64,000 bases of DNA. Source: an uncultured Verrucomicrobiae bacterium (lineage in GTDB: Bacteria > Verrucomicrobiota > Verrucomicrobiia > Limisphaerales > Palsa-1400). The DNA lies in contig OY969763.1 in assembly GCA_963702845.1 (NCBI GenBank), positions 3,424,001 to 3,488,000 on the forward strand, read 5' to 3'. A model generated the notes under the pieces. That model was given only the letters and a program-made list of their open reading frames with translations. It was not told the origin of the DNA and made no database searches. This document shows positions 56,501-64,000 of this stretch, piece after piece. Position 1 is the stretch's first letter, and every line of letters starts with the position of its first letter. The position numbers and the translations under genes are program-made.

Positions 56501-57875
56501 TGTTCTCGTATTTGCCCTGTCCCAAGGTGCCGCCGTTCGGGACCGAGTTATAAATCAAAGTCGGATCATACGGCACTAAACCTTGTCCAAAATTGAAGCC
56601 ACCTTGGAAAAAGTCGTTCGTCACGATCGAGAACCATTCAAATGGTGTCGCGGTCGTAATCTCGAAGTTCGACGGTCGCCCGTATTGATTAGGACTCACC
56701 ACGTTCGTCGTCATGACGATCGGATCCTCCAACGCACCCGTATCGATCAAATAAAACGAATTGTCAACATATTGGCCCGTCGTGACATCATACACGTTCG
56801 TGACCGTGAACCGGATAACGCCAGTCGCCGCGTTGATGTTTGTTGCGTTTATGTTGAAATTCCCACCGCTCGGAGAAAACTCAGCATCGATCTGCACATT
56901 CGTGTCATTTGCATTCGTGCGGAAGAAAATGACATTGATGTAGTAATCAAACCCGGTGTTATTCGGAATCGCATTAACAAATGCTTTTGCATCCAGGGAT
57001 GCAGTAAAATCGAGCGGAATGGACGTCGAACCAATGAAAACTCCATTGTTGGGACTGGAGCGAGATCGCACCTGTTCGATGGGCGAACTAGCGGGAAATC
57101 CATTTCCAAAACCAAAATTACCAAAGAAGCTGGAAACCGCCAAGGTGGAGGAATCGAACTTCTTGCCCGCCTGTGCTCCCCAAAACAGATCATAAACGTG
57201 CGGTGGCGCGATGAAATGATTCACTCCATCGGTAAACCCGCGCCCGGTCGTCTGGCCGAGAAAATTAATCACGCCAAAATTGCTCAGGAAGATGTTCGTG
57301 TTCAGGTCAGCGATGTCACCGGCGGCGAGCGTGCCACGTTCGAGATCGATGTCTCTTCCGTTCAAACGCATCAGACCGATGTTCCCGCAGCTCATCAGGC
57401 CGCGATTAACAATATTTGTCGCGTCGACCAGGCAGTAAGAACCCGCGGTTTGGACCTGCGTGAAAAGCCATTGCCCATTCGCCGGGTTAATTGAACCAAA
57501 CCAAAATAACGGGCTGTCCAGGCCTTGAATCGTGCCGCTTTCGTAATTGGTGAACGCGAGAGCACATTTGCGATTCGTCGCCGTCACCGTATCAAAGCGA
57601 AATCCGACTTCGCCATTCATGTCACCGTGATTGAGGAAAACTTTCGTATCCGTCATGTCAGCGGGGAACCCCGTCACGATATCAAAAAACACGCCTCGGT
57701 TATCAAAAACAACCGCGTCAATCGCCGGCCAGTTGGTCGTCGTCTGAAAATTCTGGTAAACCGGTGTCACGGCGCCCCAGCTTCGGGCCGCTGTCGCCAA
57801 CAACACGACGCCGACAAACAACCAACTGGTTGCAGAGCGGAGTTGTCGCGAAATGTTTGGATTAAACAAATTCAT
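53589..57875 (-). CDS. Large secreted Asn/Thr-rich protein (possible beta-helix) with TSP3-like motif, InlB B-repeat-like segment and repetitive C-terminal beta domain
   Basis: Signal peptide (..RSWG); DLDNDGVVNAKDAFPLD; VTGSGKVTP..LRANPNPGNLFAGWSG; C-terminal KGSFNGLF..FSG..G.FD domain. Confidence 0.75.
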   Translation of the reverse strand: MNLFNPNISRQLRSATSWLFVGVVLLATAARSWGAVTPVYQNFQTTTNWPAIDAVVFDNRGVFFDIVTGFPADMTDTKVFLNHGDMNGEVGFRFDTVTATNRKCALAFTNYESGTIQGLDSPLFWFGSINPANGQWLFTQVQTAGSYCLVDATNIVNRGLMSCGNIGLMRLNGRDIDLERGTLAAGDIADLNTNIFLSNFGVINFLGQTTGRGFTDGVNHFIAPPHVYDLFWGAQAGKKFDSSTLAVSSFFGNFGFGNGFPASSPIEQVRSRSSPNNGVFIGSTSIPLDFTASLDAKAFVNAIPNNTGFDYYINVIFFRTNANDTNVQIDAEFSPSGGNFNINATNINAATGVIRFTVTNVYDVTTGQYVDNSFYLIDTGALEDPIVMTTNVVSPNQYGRPSNFEITTATPFEWFSIVTNDFFQGGFNFGQGLVPYDPTLIYNSVPNGGTLGQGKYENKIVAYTSGTYGTQVGRNPETVAGVTIATNQFFFGLGGFNNFFLNLPDVSNDIPRIEINATNLDLTSANLRSEGVLAVNTKHLFPGGLAGVDAGSLNGILGSTNGFLQISQVVPTEFKRVRGDVYAWSGTWNNVATNSTQTNNMFLHVLIVDHELRGSYQPTFQNITLHGTNTVIEDKLRVVKTATFDAEFLDINSIVHLTEQVREFTRANVPHLKDMLIDTNGALQVDDTAFIGWDVTKGINTFINHGLLAATAPLIKANYVENTGEILATNGGSMIIQANTVDLIVGPMSNVGPTNTLLADRDIEIDATTVNVTNSTIVAGQNGTIGKLTLNVTDSLSDFVPNLPGTTNVLINFWQVNNGISVPQKPDGDLFGTEIVCAATNRNQSQIIWSAEDDGAGSDGFNNNLVIGRLVLDRQGSNSSIHISAAGGQNALYVDFLELRDFSFDDYRNGLIIDPNMTVYFAACNFEPDKLQAVYPGRLVWANSFTGPNSTAAVPRVDGSICLMNQSLAQSTIIDLDNDGVVNAKDAFPLDNIGNPDFSLPCPGDTLTTSIRTFLTENHGAGPLTSLAVSVTGSGKVTPQQKSPVVQLGHIYNLRANPNPGNLFAGWSGSINTTQPNISFALSSNMVLNARFVTNPFIALKGSFNGLFFDTNKVTMDSAGSVNFSVDQQGGFSGHLGMNAAASVPFGGHFDVDGNATSIITRGKKPSLILKLKLDTTGASQQITGTVSCDTNWTVNLIADRSVFNGRNPAPFTGNYTFAWQGTNDPSAGPAGDSYGTPFINRLGTLVSAIHLADGVTLSPVVAVSKDGNWPLFMSVFGREMVIGWAHIDGSGVMSGTVNWIKNPSTFGNYRAGFTNAVSLIGSIWVAPKNRTSGLNLTTPIITLSGGNLVTDLAPVITFNANNFTFSSTNPRLSLKLSPNTGLINGQFTDPTSSRVRQLNGVMLQNQNNARGFFSGADQSGAVRLDNP

Positions 57876-57881
57876 ACAATA

Positions 57882-59283
57882 CTAAAAAACTGGGTTATAC
57901 GCCCCGCTGACATTCGTATCGACCAATGCGGGATTAAGCACTTGGTTTTCAATCTCTCGAATGCTTGTTCCCTGCGGATAAATCACAGGAGCATTCGTCG
58001 TCCCGTCGAACGATCCCCAGATAAACCCAGCCTGCGCGGTTTGCTCATCGAGGAAAAACGGATGCGAGTTAAACAAAAGCGGTCCGACTTTATTGAACGT
58101 TACAATCGACTGAGGCGCTATGATGCCGGGGCCCGCCGTGGCAATTACCGAGGTCGTTCCATTAGTGACAAACGAAATCGAACGCGTCAAAGAACTGTAA
58201 ACAGGAGGCGCGGATATATCTGCGGCAGTAAAGAGAATATCCGGTTGAGTAATCGTGCGGCGAATCGTCTGATTAACCAGGTGGAAGTTCGTTACAATCG
58301 GAATGTTGTAGGTAAACGTGATTGGCCGGAACGTCGATCCAAACAGTGAATCATAACGAGTTTTTACTGTACGTAACCTTCTCAATGCCACCACGCAATG
58401 CCAGCGTGTTGGTGGCGAAAACATTAGTGAACGAAAACGTATTCACGGGCGTCCAGGGACTCACCGCCGTGGTCGCGGTGGCATCGGTTGGCAGCACCTC
58501 ATTGTTGTAGTTGTCGTGCCGATACAAGTAGCGCAACCCACCAACGTCGTCGCGCGTCAGCCCAAGGTAAAAACCGCCAAATCGTTCCCCGGACAGATCA
58601 GAAGCAACTGAAGTCGGCACGATGGCCGTCGGATCCACCGGAATCTCCACCGCATCACCAACAGAACGAACCGGACAAAGATCCTCGATCTGGTAAGTGT
58701 ATAACACCCCGTTTACGTAATGGGTCGGTTCCCACGTGATTGGGTCAAAGTTACGATTGATGACTACGTAATCGAATTGGCATGCACCGGCTGGCTGTGC
58801 AATGCGTTGCCGAAGGTCGAACGTATGTGTCTCGCTCATTAAGCCCATGTGCTCAATGATCAAAAACATAGTTGCTGACTTTAAATCTATAAGATTCAAC
58901 GCCTGCGCAGACTGGTTGATGCGCTGATTGCCTTCGGTGATGAATTCCGACAAATCAGCGCTCGTGCGCGACACTGCCGGCAAATGATTGAAAACAGCAA
59001 ATGCCGCATCGACCGCTTTGACGCCGTTGGAGCCGAAGTAATCGAGAAACGTAAAATCGAAACCGTAAGTGATGATTGGCGTGTTGAGCCGCCATTCATC
59101 TCCGAGATTCTTCGGTCCGGCGAGTTCCGCGCCACCCTGAATCGGTCGCGCCGCGTAATCCAGATCCGCCGTCTGCCATGATTCAAACGGGCCCGTTGGA
59201 GTAAATGCCAGCGCGCTCTGCGCTACTGCTACCGCGCCAACCAGTGCCAGGATTGTTTTGCTCATCGAAATCATAGGTCTCAT
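57882..59283 (-). CDS. Secreted hypothetical protein, degenerate matrixin/M10-like (probably one gene frameshifted near 58360)
   Basis: Signal peptide (..QSALA); WRLNTPIITYGFD..AFAVFN; DLKSATMFLIIEHMGL; LTRDDVGGLRYLY. Continues in ORF 57882..58424. Confidence 0.6.
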
Positions 59284-60662
59284 TGCGCAGCGTTAAGGGT
59301 GTAAGCCTGGCCGTATAGATCAAACCCAAACCGCGCGATAAAGCTGGTCCACACAACCAGGAATCGATCAACCCCGTTCCATGCAACCGTCGGATGCATC
59401 TGCTGACTCACGCGTGTCGTATTCACCAAAAATTCATCTCCGGAAACCTGCGATCCGTTCGCCACAAATCGACCGAACACACCTTCGCGATTACCGTCCT
59501 GTCCAAGGCTCGTCCAAACTGCCATCACACCCGACGGGCAAGCCGCCAGCGCGGGATGATATTGGTCGCCAAAACGGAACGAGTTAATCAGGAATTCATC
59601 GCCGCGCGCAGTCCCCTCCGGATTAAAGGCGCGGCCTTTGATTTCCCAGCTATTGGTTTTGACAATCAAATCACGTTCGCTCCAGGCCGCCATGAAACCG
59701 CCATCGCTCAGACCAACAACAGCCGGGTTCGCGCAAAGATTCACCGACGATGAACTCATCAGAAATTCATCCGTGACCGGCGTGAGGTTCGGCGCGAAAA
59801 TTCGGCCGTAAATGTCAACGCTGTCCAACACGTTGTAGTTCTGCTGTTCAGAAACCCATGTGACAATGAAATTGCCGTTGGCCAATAAAGCCACGGCTGG
59901 AGAACGTCGTCCACCGCGATCACCGCGACTGGAATAGCCCGCGTCGCTAAATTGGTTCACTTCAAACTCATGCGTCGGCGTCAGCAGACCCTTCGCGCTG
60001 ATCTTGCGGGCGAAAATGCCGCTGGGGCAACCATCCTGCCATGCGCTCTGCCAGACGATGATCGCGCAACCGTCATTCAACGCCGCAATCACAGGCGCGG
60101 ACTGCGCATCCTTCAAGTAAGTGTTAACGCGTAAATCCGCAGTGAGCCCGAGATTATTCGTCTTGATCAGGCGCGCATAAATATCCGAGTTGCCTGTCGC
60201 AGTGCTCTGCCAGACGAACAACGTCAATCCATTCGTGGCCAGCAAGGCCGCTTGCGGGTTAAACTGGTTTTGAATTGAAATCGCATTGATCTGCGTCGTC
60301 TTCGGCACGGTCGCAAACGTCGTTCCCGAAAATCGACGCATCCCGATCCCTGAACCATTTCTATCCACACCGTTATCCTCCCAGGTCACCAACCCACCGT
60401 TCGATGTCAGCACCAGATTTGGATGAACTTGATCGCCAGGTATATTACCGAGCACGGAAAATTCGCTTCCCGCTGGAGCAAGGTAGTTACCACTTACATC
60501 TTTTGCCGCAACTGAGCTATCGACAGAGCCGCTAATTGTCGTCGCGGAGAGTCCCGTCAGTAGCGGAGTTGTCTTGGCTTCATCAGCCGAAACTGCTGTC
60601 ACCAAAACAGTGCAAAACCCTAGTAAACACAGGGGTTTTATAGCGCGAAGCAGGAACGACAT
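59280..60662 (-). CDS. Secreted repeat protein (EFxVN..Q..P.VA..GGF.V.W beta-propeller-like repeats)
   Basis: Likely start MSFLLRAIKP at 60662; signal peptide; about 6-7 copies of the EF(L/E)(V/I)N..Q..P.(V/L)A..VVW unit. Confidence 0.75.
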   Translation of the reverse strand: MSFLLRAIKPLCLLGFCTVLVTAVSADEAKTTPLLTGLSATTISGSVDSSVAAKDVSGNYLAPAGSEFSVLGNIPGDQVHPNLVLTSNGGLVTWEDNGVDRNGSGIGMRRFSGTTFATVPKTTQINAISIQNQFNPQAALLATNGLTLFVWQSTATGNSDIYARLIKTNNLGLTADLRVNTYLKDAQSAPVIAALNDGCAIIVWQSAWQDGCPSGIFARKISAKGLLTPTHEFEVNQFSDAGYSSRGDRGGRRSPAVALLANGNFIVTWVSEQQNYNVLDSVDIYGRIFAPNLTPVTDEFLMSSSSVNLCANPAVVGLSDGGFMAAWSERDLIVKTNSWEIKGRAFNPEGTARGDEFLINSFRFGDQYHPALAACPSGVMAVWTSLGQDGNREGVFGRFVANGSQVSGDEFLVNTTRVSQQMHPTVAWNGVDRFLVVWTSFIARFGFDLYGQAYTLNAAQ

Positions 60663-60699
60663 ATCAGTATTTATTTGTATCAAGCTGGGCTCGCGATGT

Positions 60700-61653
60700 C
60701 TATGCATTCTGGTTGAAAAAGTCAGATTTTCTGAGCCGCGCCTGCTCCAGCTCGTGTAATAAAGTGCGAAAGCCCCACCCTTCATAAAGGTGGTGCAAAC
60801 TTTCAAAGTCGACTTCCCGGACCGCTAACTCTTCCACTGGTGGTCCGCATTCGACCTTGTCATTTAATCGCACTAACTCTTGGTTTCGCCGGACTGCCTC
60901 CGCCGAAGATTGCAAGCTCCCCCGTAATCGTTCCGAACTGACTTCGTCGATGCGACGATAAATACCGTCGATCGAACCAAATTGCTTGAGTAACTCACAA
61001 GCAGTCTTTGGGCCAACACCCGGCACTCCGGGGATGTTGTCCACCGTGTCACCAATTAAGGCAAGCCAGTCCACGATTTGTTCAGGTTCCACGCCACTTT
61101 TCGCGCGGACATGTTCCCTGCCCCACAACGGCTGCTCTTTGTCAGTCGGGATATGCAGCCAGACATGGTCACTGACTAACTGCATGAAATCTTTATCAGA
61201 ACTGGCGATAACTACTTCATAACCGCCGGCACTCGCCCTCTTCGTCATTGCTGCAATGCAGTCGTCCGCCTCACAACCGTCTTTGACGTAAGAGCCAACG
61301 TTAGAAGCTTTCAGCCACGCGACAATTTGATCGAGCTGCTGCTCCATCTCCGAAGGCATCTCCTTGCGCTGTTGCTTGTATTGCGGCAGCAACGTCATTC
61401 GTTCGGCGGCGTTGCCACCATCCCACATCACCAACAAATGCGTCGGACGAACTATCTCCTGGATTTTCGTCAGCATTCGAATGAACCCATAAATGGCGTT
61501 CGTCGGCTGTCCAGTCGGAGAATTCAGTCTGCGAATCGCGTAAAATGCGCGATAGGCGTAGGAATGGCCGTCCACCAATAACAATCGCGACCGCCCTGCT
61601 GGCAGGACGGGCACCTGGGCTTGCGCCTCAGTTTGTTGCGATTTACTTGGCAT
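60700..61653 (-). CDS. Stand-alone 5'-3' exonuclease/flap endonuclease (PolA N-terminal-like)
   Basis: LLLVDGHSYAYRAFYA, YKQQR, EADD, SSDKDFMQL and ALIGDTVDNIPGVPGVGPKTA; no polymerase domain. Confidence 0.93.
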   Translation of the reverse strand: MPSKSQQTEAQAQVPVLPAGRSRLLLVDGHSYAYRAFYAIRRLNSPTGQPTNAIYGFIRMLTKIQEIVRPTHLLVMWDGGNAAERMTLLPQYKQQRKEMPSEMEQQLDQIVAWLKASNVGSYVKDGCEADDCIAAMTKRASAGGYEVVIASSDKDFMQLVSDHVWLHIPTDKEQPLWGREHVRAKSGVEPEQIVDWLALIGDTVDNIPGVPGVGPKTACELLKQFGSIDGIYRRIDEVSSERLRGSLQSSAEAVRRNQELVRLNDKVECGPPVEELAVREVDFESLHHLYEGWGFRTLLHELEQARLRKSDFFNQNA

Positions 61654-61672
61654 GGCGAATTTACCTTCTTTG

Positions 61673-61701
61673 GGTAGGGCGCGTCGCTCCGCGCGCGCCG
61701 C
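61673..61701 (+). repeat. GTAG-type REP-like element, copy 2, followed by a CTTCAGC heptamer array (61704..61731)
   Basis: GGTAGGGCGCGTCGCTCCGCGCGCGCCGC, then CTTCAGC x3 and TTTCAGA. Confidence 0.75.
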
Positions 61702-61750
61702 TTCTTCAGCCTTCAGCCTTCAGCTTTCAGACTTCTTCCTTCTGCCGCCG

Positions 61751-64000
61751 TTATGGATTCCCAGGCGCCGGTTGCGGCGGAATCTGAGTGCGCGCAAAAG
61801 GCATCTCTTCATCCGTGTGCAAACGATTACCAGCGGGATCAATCAGGGTCGGCGTTACAAATACGAGCAGGTTTTTCTTGCTGCTTTCGTTCGACTCACT
61901 GCGGAACAGGCGGCCGAAGAACGGCAGATCGCCCAGGACCGGCACTTTGTCTTTAATCTTGCGAATATCTTCGGAAATCAATCCGCCGAGCACAACCGTC
62001 TGACCGTCCCACACATTGCAGGTCGTCACCACTTGGCGCACGCGCAAGCGTGGCAGCGGCAATACTGCAGTCAACGGAATACCAACAGTTGATCCACCGA
62101 CCGATTGCGCCTGCGGCACGAATTGTCCCGGATTGTCGTAACCAAGGAATTCGGTAAACGTCGGGATCATGACCATCTGGATCGAGTAACCATCAGCCGA
62201 AACCGTAGGCATGACATCCAACGTCGGACCGAATGGCAACTGGTCGGTCGAAAACGTAATCGAACTCGCAACGACACCAACGCTAGCAGTGCTGTTGTTG
62301 TTCGCCGCGCCGGAACCACCAGCCGTCTGGCTGAGATCGACACCGGTAACAATCTGCACGAGGTCCAACACTGAAATGTGTGCCTGACGTCCGCTCAACG
62401 TCGTCACTTTTGGTGCCGACAGCAGGTCAGCTCCTGAACGTTGTTCAATCGCGCGAATCACCACACGAAATTGCGGGTCAGTCAAAATACCAGTGATCGT
62501 TCCTATTGCCGGAACGTTGTTGTTATTGCCAACGGTCTGTCGCAATCCCGCTGTCAGCAACTGGTCAGAGGCAGAGGTTCCAATCGCGCCCGCTCCAGGA
62601 ATAAACGTTCCATTTCCGAGAGGAATACCGCCACCGGGGAAGATTCCGCTTGGATTTGCCGTTGTTGGGTTGCCTTGGAAGGAGGGCGCTGTGCCAGCTT
62701 GTAAACCAATGCTACCACCAGCAGTCGTGGTGTTTCCCAGGAACCAATCAAAGCCCAGAGCTCTGCTGTCATCCTGGGTCATTTCCGCGAACTTCGATTC
62801 AATCGTCAATTGCGGCGGCGCCTGGTTCAACATTTCAACCGCGGCCTCAATGATCTCCAGGTCCTGCAACGATCCGCGAACCAGAAGCAAACCAGTGCGG
62901 TCGTTGAAAAACACGCTCTTGCCCGGATCGGTCAACGTCACGCCTGCAGCCGTAAAATAAGCACGAACCATTTCATGCAACGTCTGCGTGTTGTTCGTGT
63001 GTGTCACAAAATTAATTCCAACGCCTTGACCAACCCCACCACTTTGACCACCACGGCCGCCCCCTTGCGACGCGGCCAGTCCAATGCTCGGAATTTCAAC
63101 TGTTGGCGAACTATTTTGGCCACCACCACCGCTGCTGCGGCCACCGCCCTTGCCGCCGCCGCCACCTTGACCAAAGTTACTCAAGTCCAGCAAGCGAACG
63201 CTTTCCAAACCTTGAATGAACGTATTCGGGTCAACGTGAAATTGTTTGCTATACAGGGCCACCGCTTCCGGCGGGCGCGGCGCAAAAACAACCGCATAGT
63301 CTTCGATCGTATATTTAATCGGAACGTCGGCAACCTTCGTGATCGCATCCAACACATCCGCCAACGTGACATCGTTCAACGGCGGAGAAATCTTAATCGT
63401 CACCTGGCTCAGATCGACTGTCGTCGGAGCAGCAGCCAAGGGCGCGGGCGTCGTTCCCGGAGGCGCGTTTACATCTGGCCCGGGCCCGGCACTCACGCCA
63501 GCATCGCTGTGCGGGTTGATCAGGAAGTTAATACCCCTCTGGTCGGGATCACGCTTCTTGGATTCATCGCGCAGGGTCTTGAGCACTTCACTCAAAGGCA
63601 AGTCGTAGCTGACTTCGTTAAGGTGAATTTGGTCGAGCTTGGCTAAAATATTTTGACGGCCTTTCGTCGTATAGACGAGGTTCGTGCGAGCCATCGGATT
63701 GGCGATCCCAAGGCCTTCAGACTTATGGCTGGGCAACCAGGAGGCTTCCACCGAAAGCACGCGTTCCTTTTCATATTCCTCACGTGCTGACGCTCGGTTG
63801 CGATACGTCGCTTCTTTAATCAGGTCCAGATAGTAATAGGCCGCCTTGTTATTCGGCTCAATCGCGATAGCTGCTTTCAGCTCAACTTCCGCTTCCTTCA
63901 AACGCCCCATTTCATAAAGCAGTTTTCCGTTTTGAACTTTGGTCGAAACATCAATCTGCCGTTGTTGCTCCTCGGGGATTTTCTTCAGGACATCGACACT
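61751..64000 (-). CDS. Secretin (GspD/PilQ family) with N-terminal TPR-like region; 5' end lies outside the window
   Basis: The frame is open to the window edge. QLTIESKFAE, LLSAPKVTTLSG, DGQTVVLGGL, KVPVLGDLPFFGRLFRS and NLLVFVTPTLI; TPR-like LYEMGRLKEAE..IEPNNKAAYYYL. Confidence 0.93.
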   Translation of the reverse strand, partial: SVDVLKKIPEEQQRQIDVSTKVQNGKLLYEMGRLKEAEVELKAAIAIEPNNKAAYYYLDLIKEATYRNRASAREEYEKERVLSVEASWLPSHKSEGLGIANPMARTNLVYTTKGRQNILAKLDQIHLNEVSYDLPLSEVLKTLRDESKKRDPDQRGINFLINPHSDAGVSAGPGPDVNAPPGTTPAPLAAAPTTVDLSQVTIKISPPLNDVTLADVLDAITKVADVPIKYTIEDYAVVFAPRPPEAVALYSKQFHVDPNTFIQGLESVRLLDLSNFGQGGGGGKGGGRSSGGGGQNSSPTVEIPSIGLAASQGGGRGGQSGGVGQGVGINFVTHTNNTQTLHEMVRAYFTAAGVTLTDPGKSVFFNDRTGLLLVRGSLQDLEIIEAAVEMLNQAPPQLTIESKFAEMTQDDSRALGFDWFLGNTTTAGGSIGLQAGTAPSFQGNPTTANPSGIFPGGGIPLGNGTFIPGAGAIGTSASDQLLTAGLRQTVGNNNNVPAIGTITGILTDPQFRVVIRAIEQRSGADLLSAPKVTTLSGRQAHISVLDLVQIVTGVDLSQTAGGSGAANNNSTASVGVVASSITFSTDQLPFGPTLDVMPTVSADGYSIQMVMIPTFTEFLGYDNPGQFVPQAQSVGGSTVGIPLTAVLPLPRLRVRQVVTTCNVWDGQTVVLGGLISEDIRKIKDKVPVLGDLPFFGRLFRSESNESSKKNLLVFVTPTLIDPAGNRLHTDEEMPFARTQIPPQPAPGNP

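Noticed and set aside
60700..61653. Truncated or frameshifted polA
   Set aside because: The gene has a clean stop and the next gene is an unrelated secreted protein; stand-alone 5'-3' exonucleases are an established family.
1..64000. CRISPR array, tRNA, rRNA, integrase or transposase
   Set aside because: No regularly spaced 25-45 bp repeats with spacers, no cloverleaf/T-loop signature and no recombinase motifs were noticed by eye. A cmscan run could still reveal small RNAs.

Overview
64-kb bacterial window. Protein style (Thr/Asn-rich secreted giants with a conserved C-terminal ..W..(F/Y)(F/Y)R tail, PUR-domain protein, short HemA) suggests Verrucomicrobiota, Pedosphaera-like; this is inference, as no rRNA marker is present. 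Many genes, including purM and coaE, are split by single-base indels that look like long-read assembly errors. From left to right: (1) a porin-multiheme cytochrome locus on the minus strand (hemA, an OmcE-like tetraheme cytochrome, two NHL beta-propellers, an 11-heme cytochrome and a large beta-barrel), divergent from an orphan feoA with a Fur-like box; this is a candidate cytochrome-nanowire/extracellular electron transfer system outside Geobacter. (2) A secreted amidase. (3) An AAA ATPase + S8 protease (IetAS-like) defence/toxin-antitoxin islet. (4) Housekeeping and regulatory genes: MFS, purM, two histidine kinases, SIMPL, PUR protein, cysI-cysH, ExeA/ExeB-like pair, GDSL hydrolase, LemA-TPM-TPM and a response regulator. 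(5) A ~24-kb tightly packed cassette of large secreted proteins (M36 protease, Calx-beta/beta-propeller giant, degenerate matrixin-like protein and others) between a secretin/5'-3' exonuclease and coaE. Four unrelated secreted proteins in the window share a C-terminal tail that may be a sorting signal. All family assignments come from motif recognition by eye; no database search was run.
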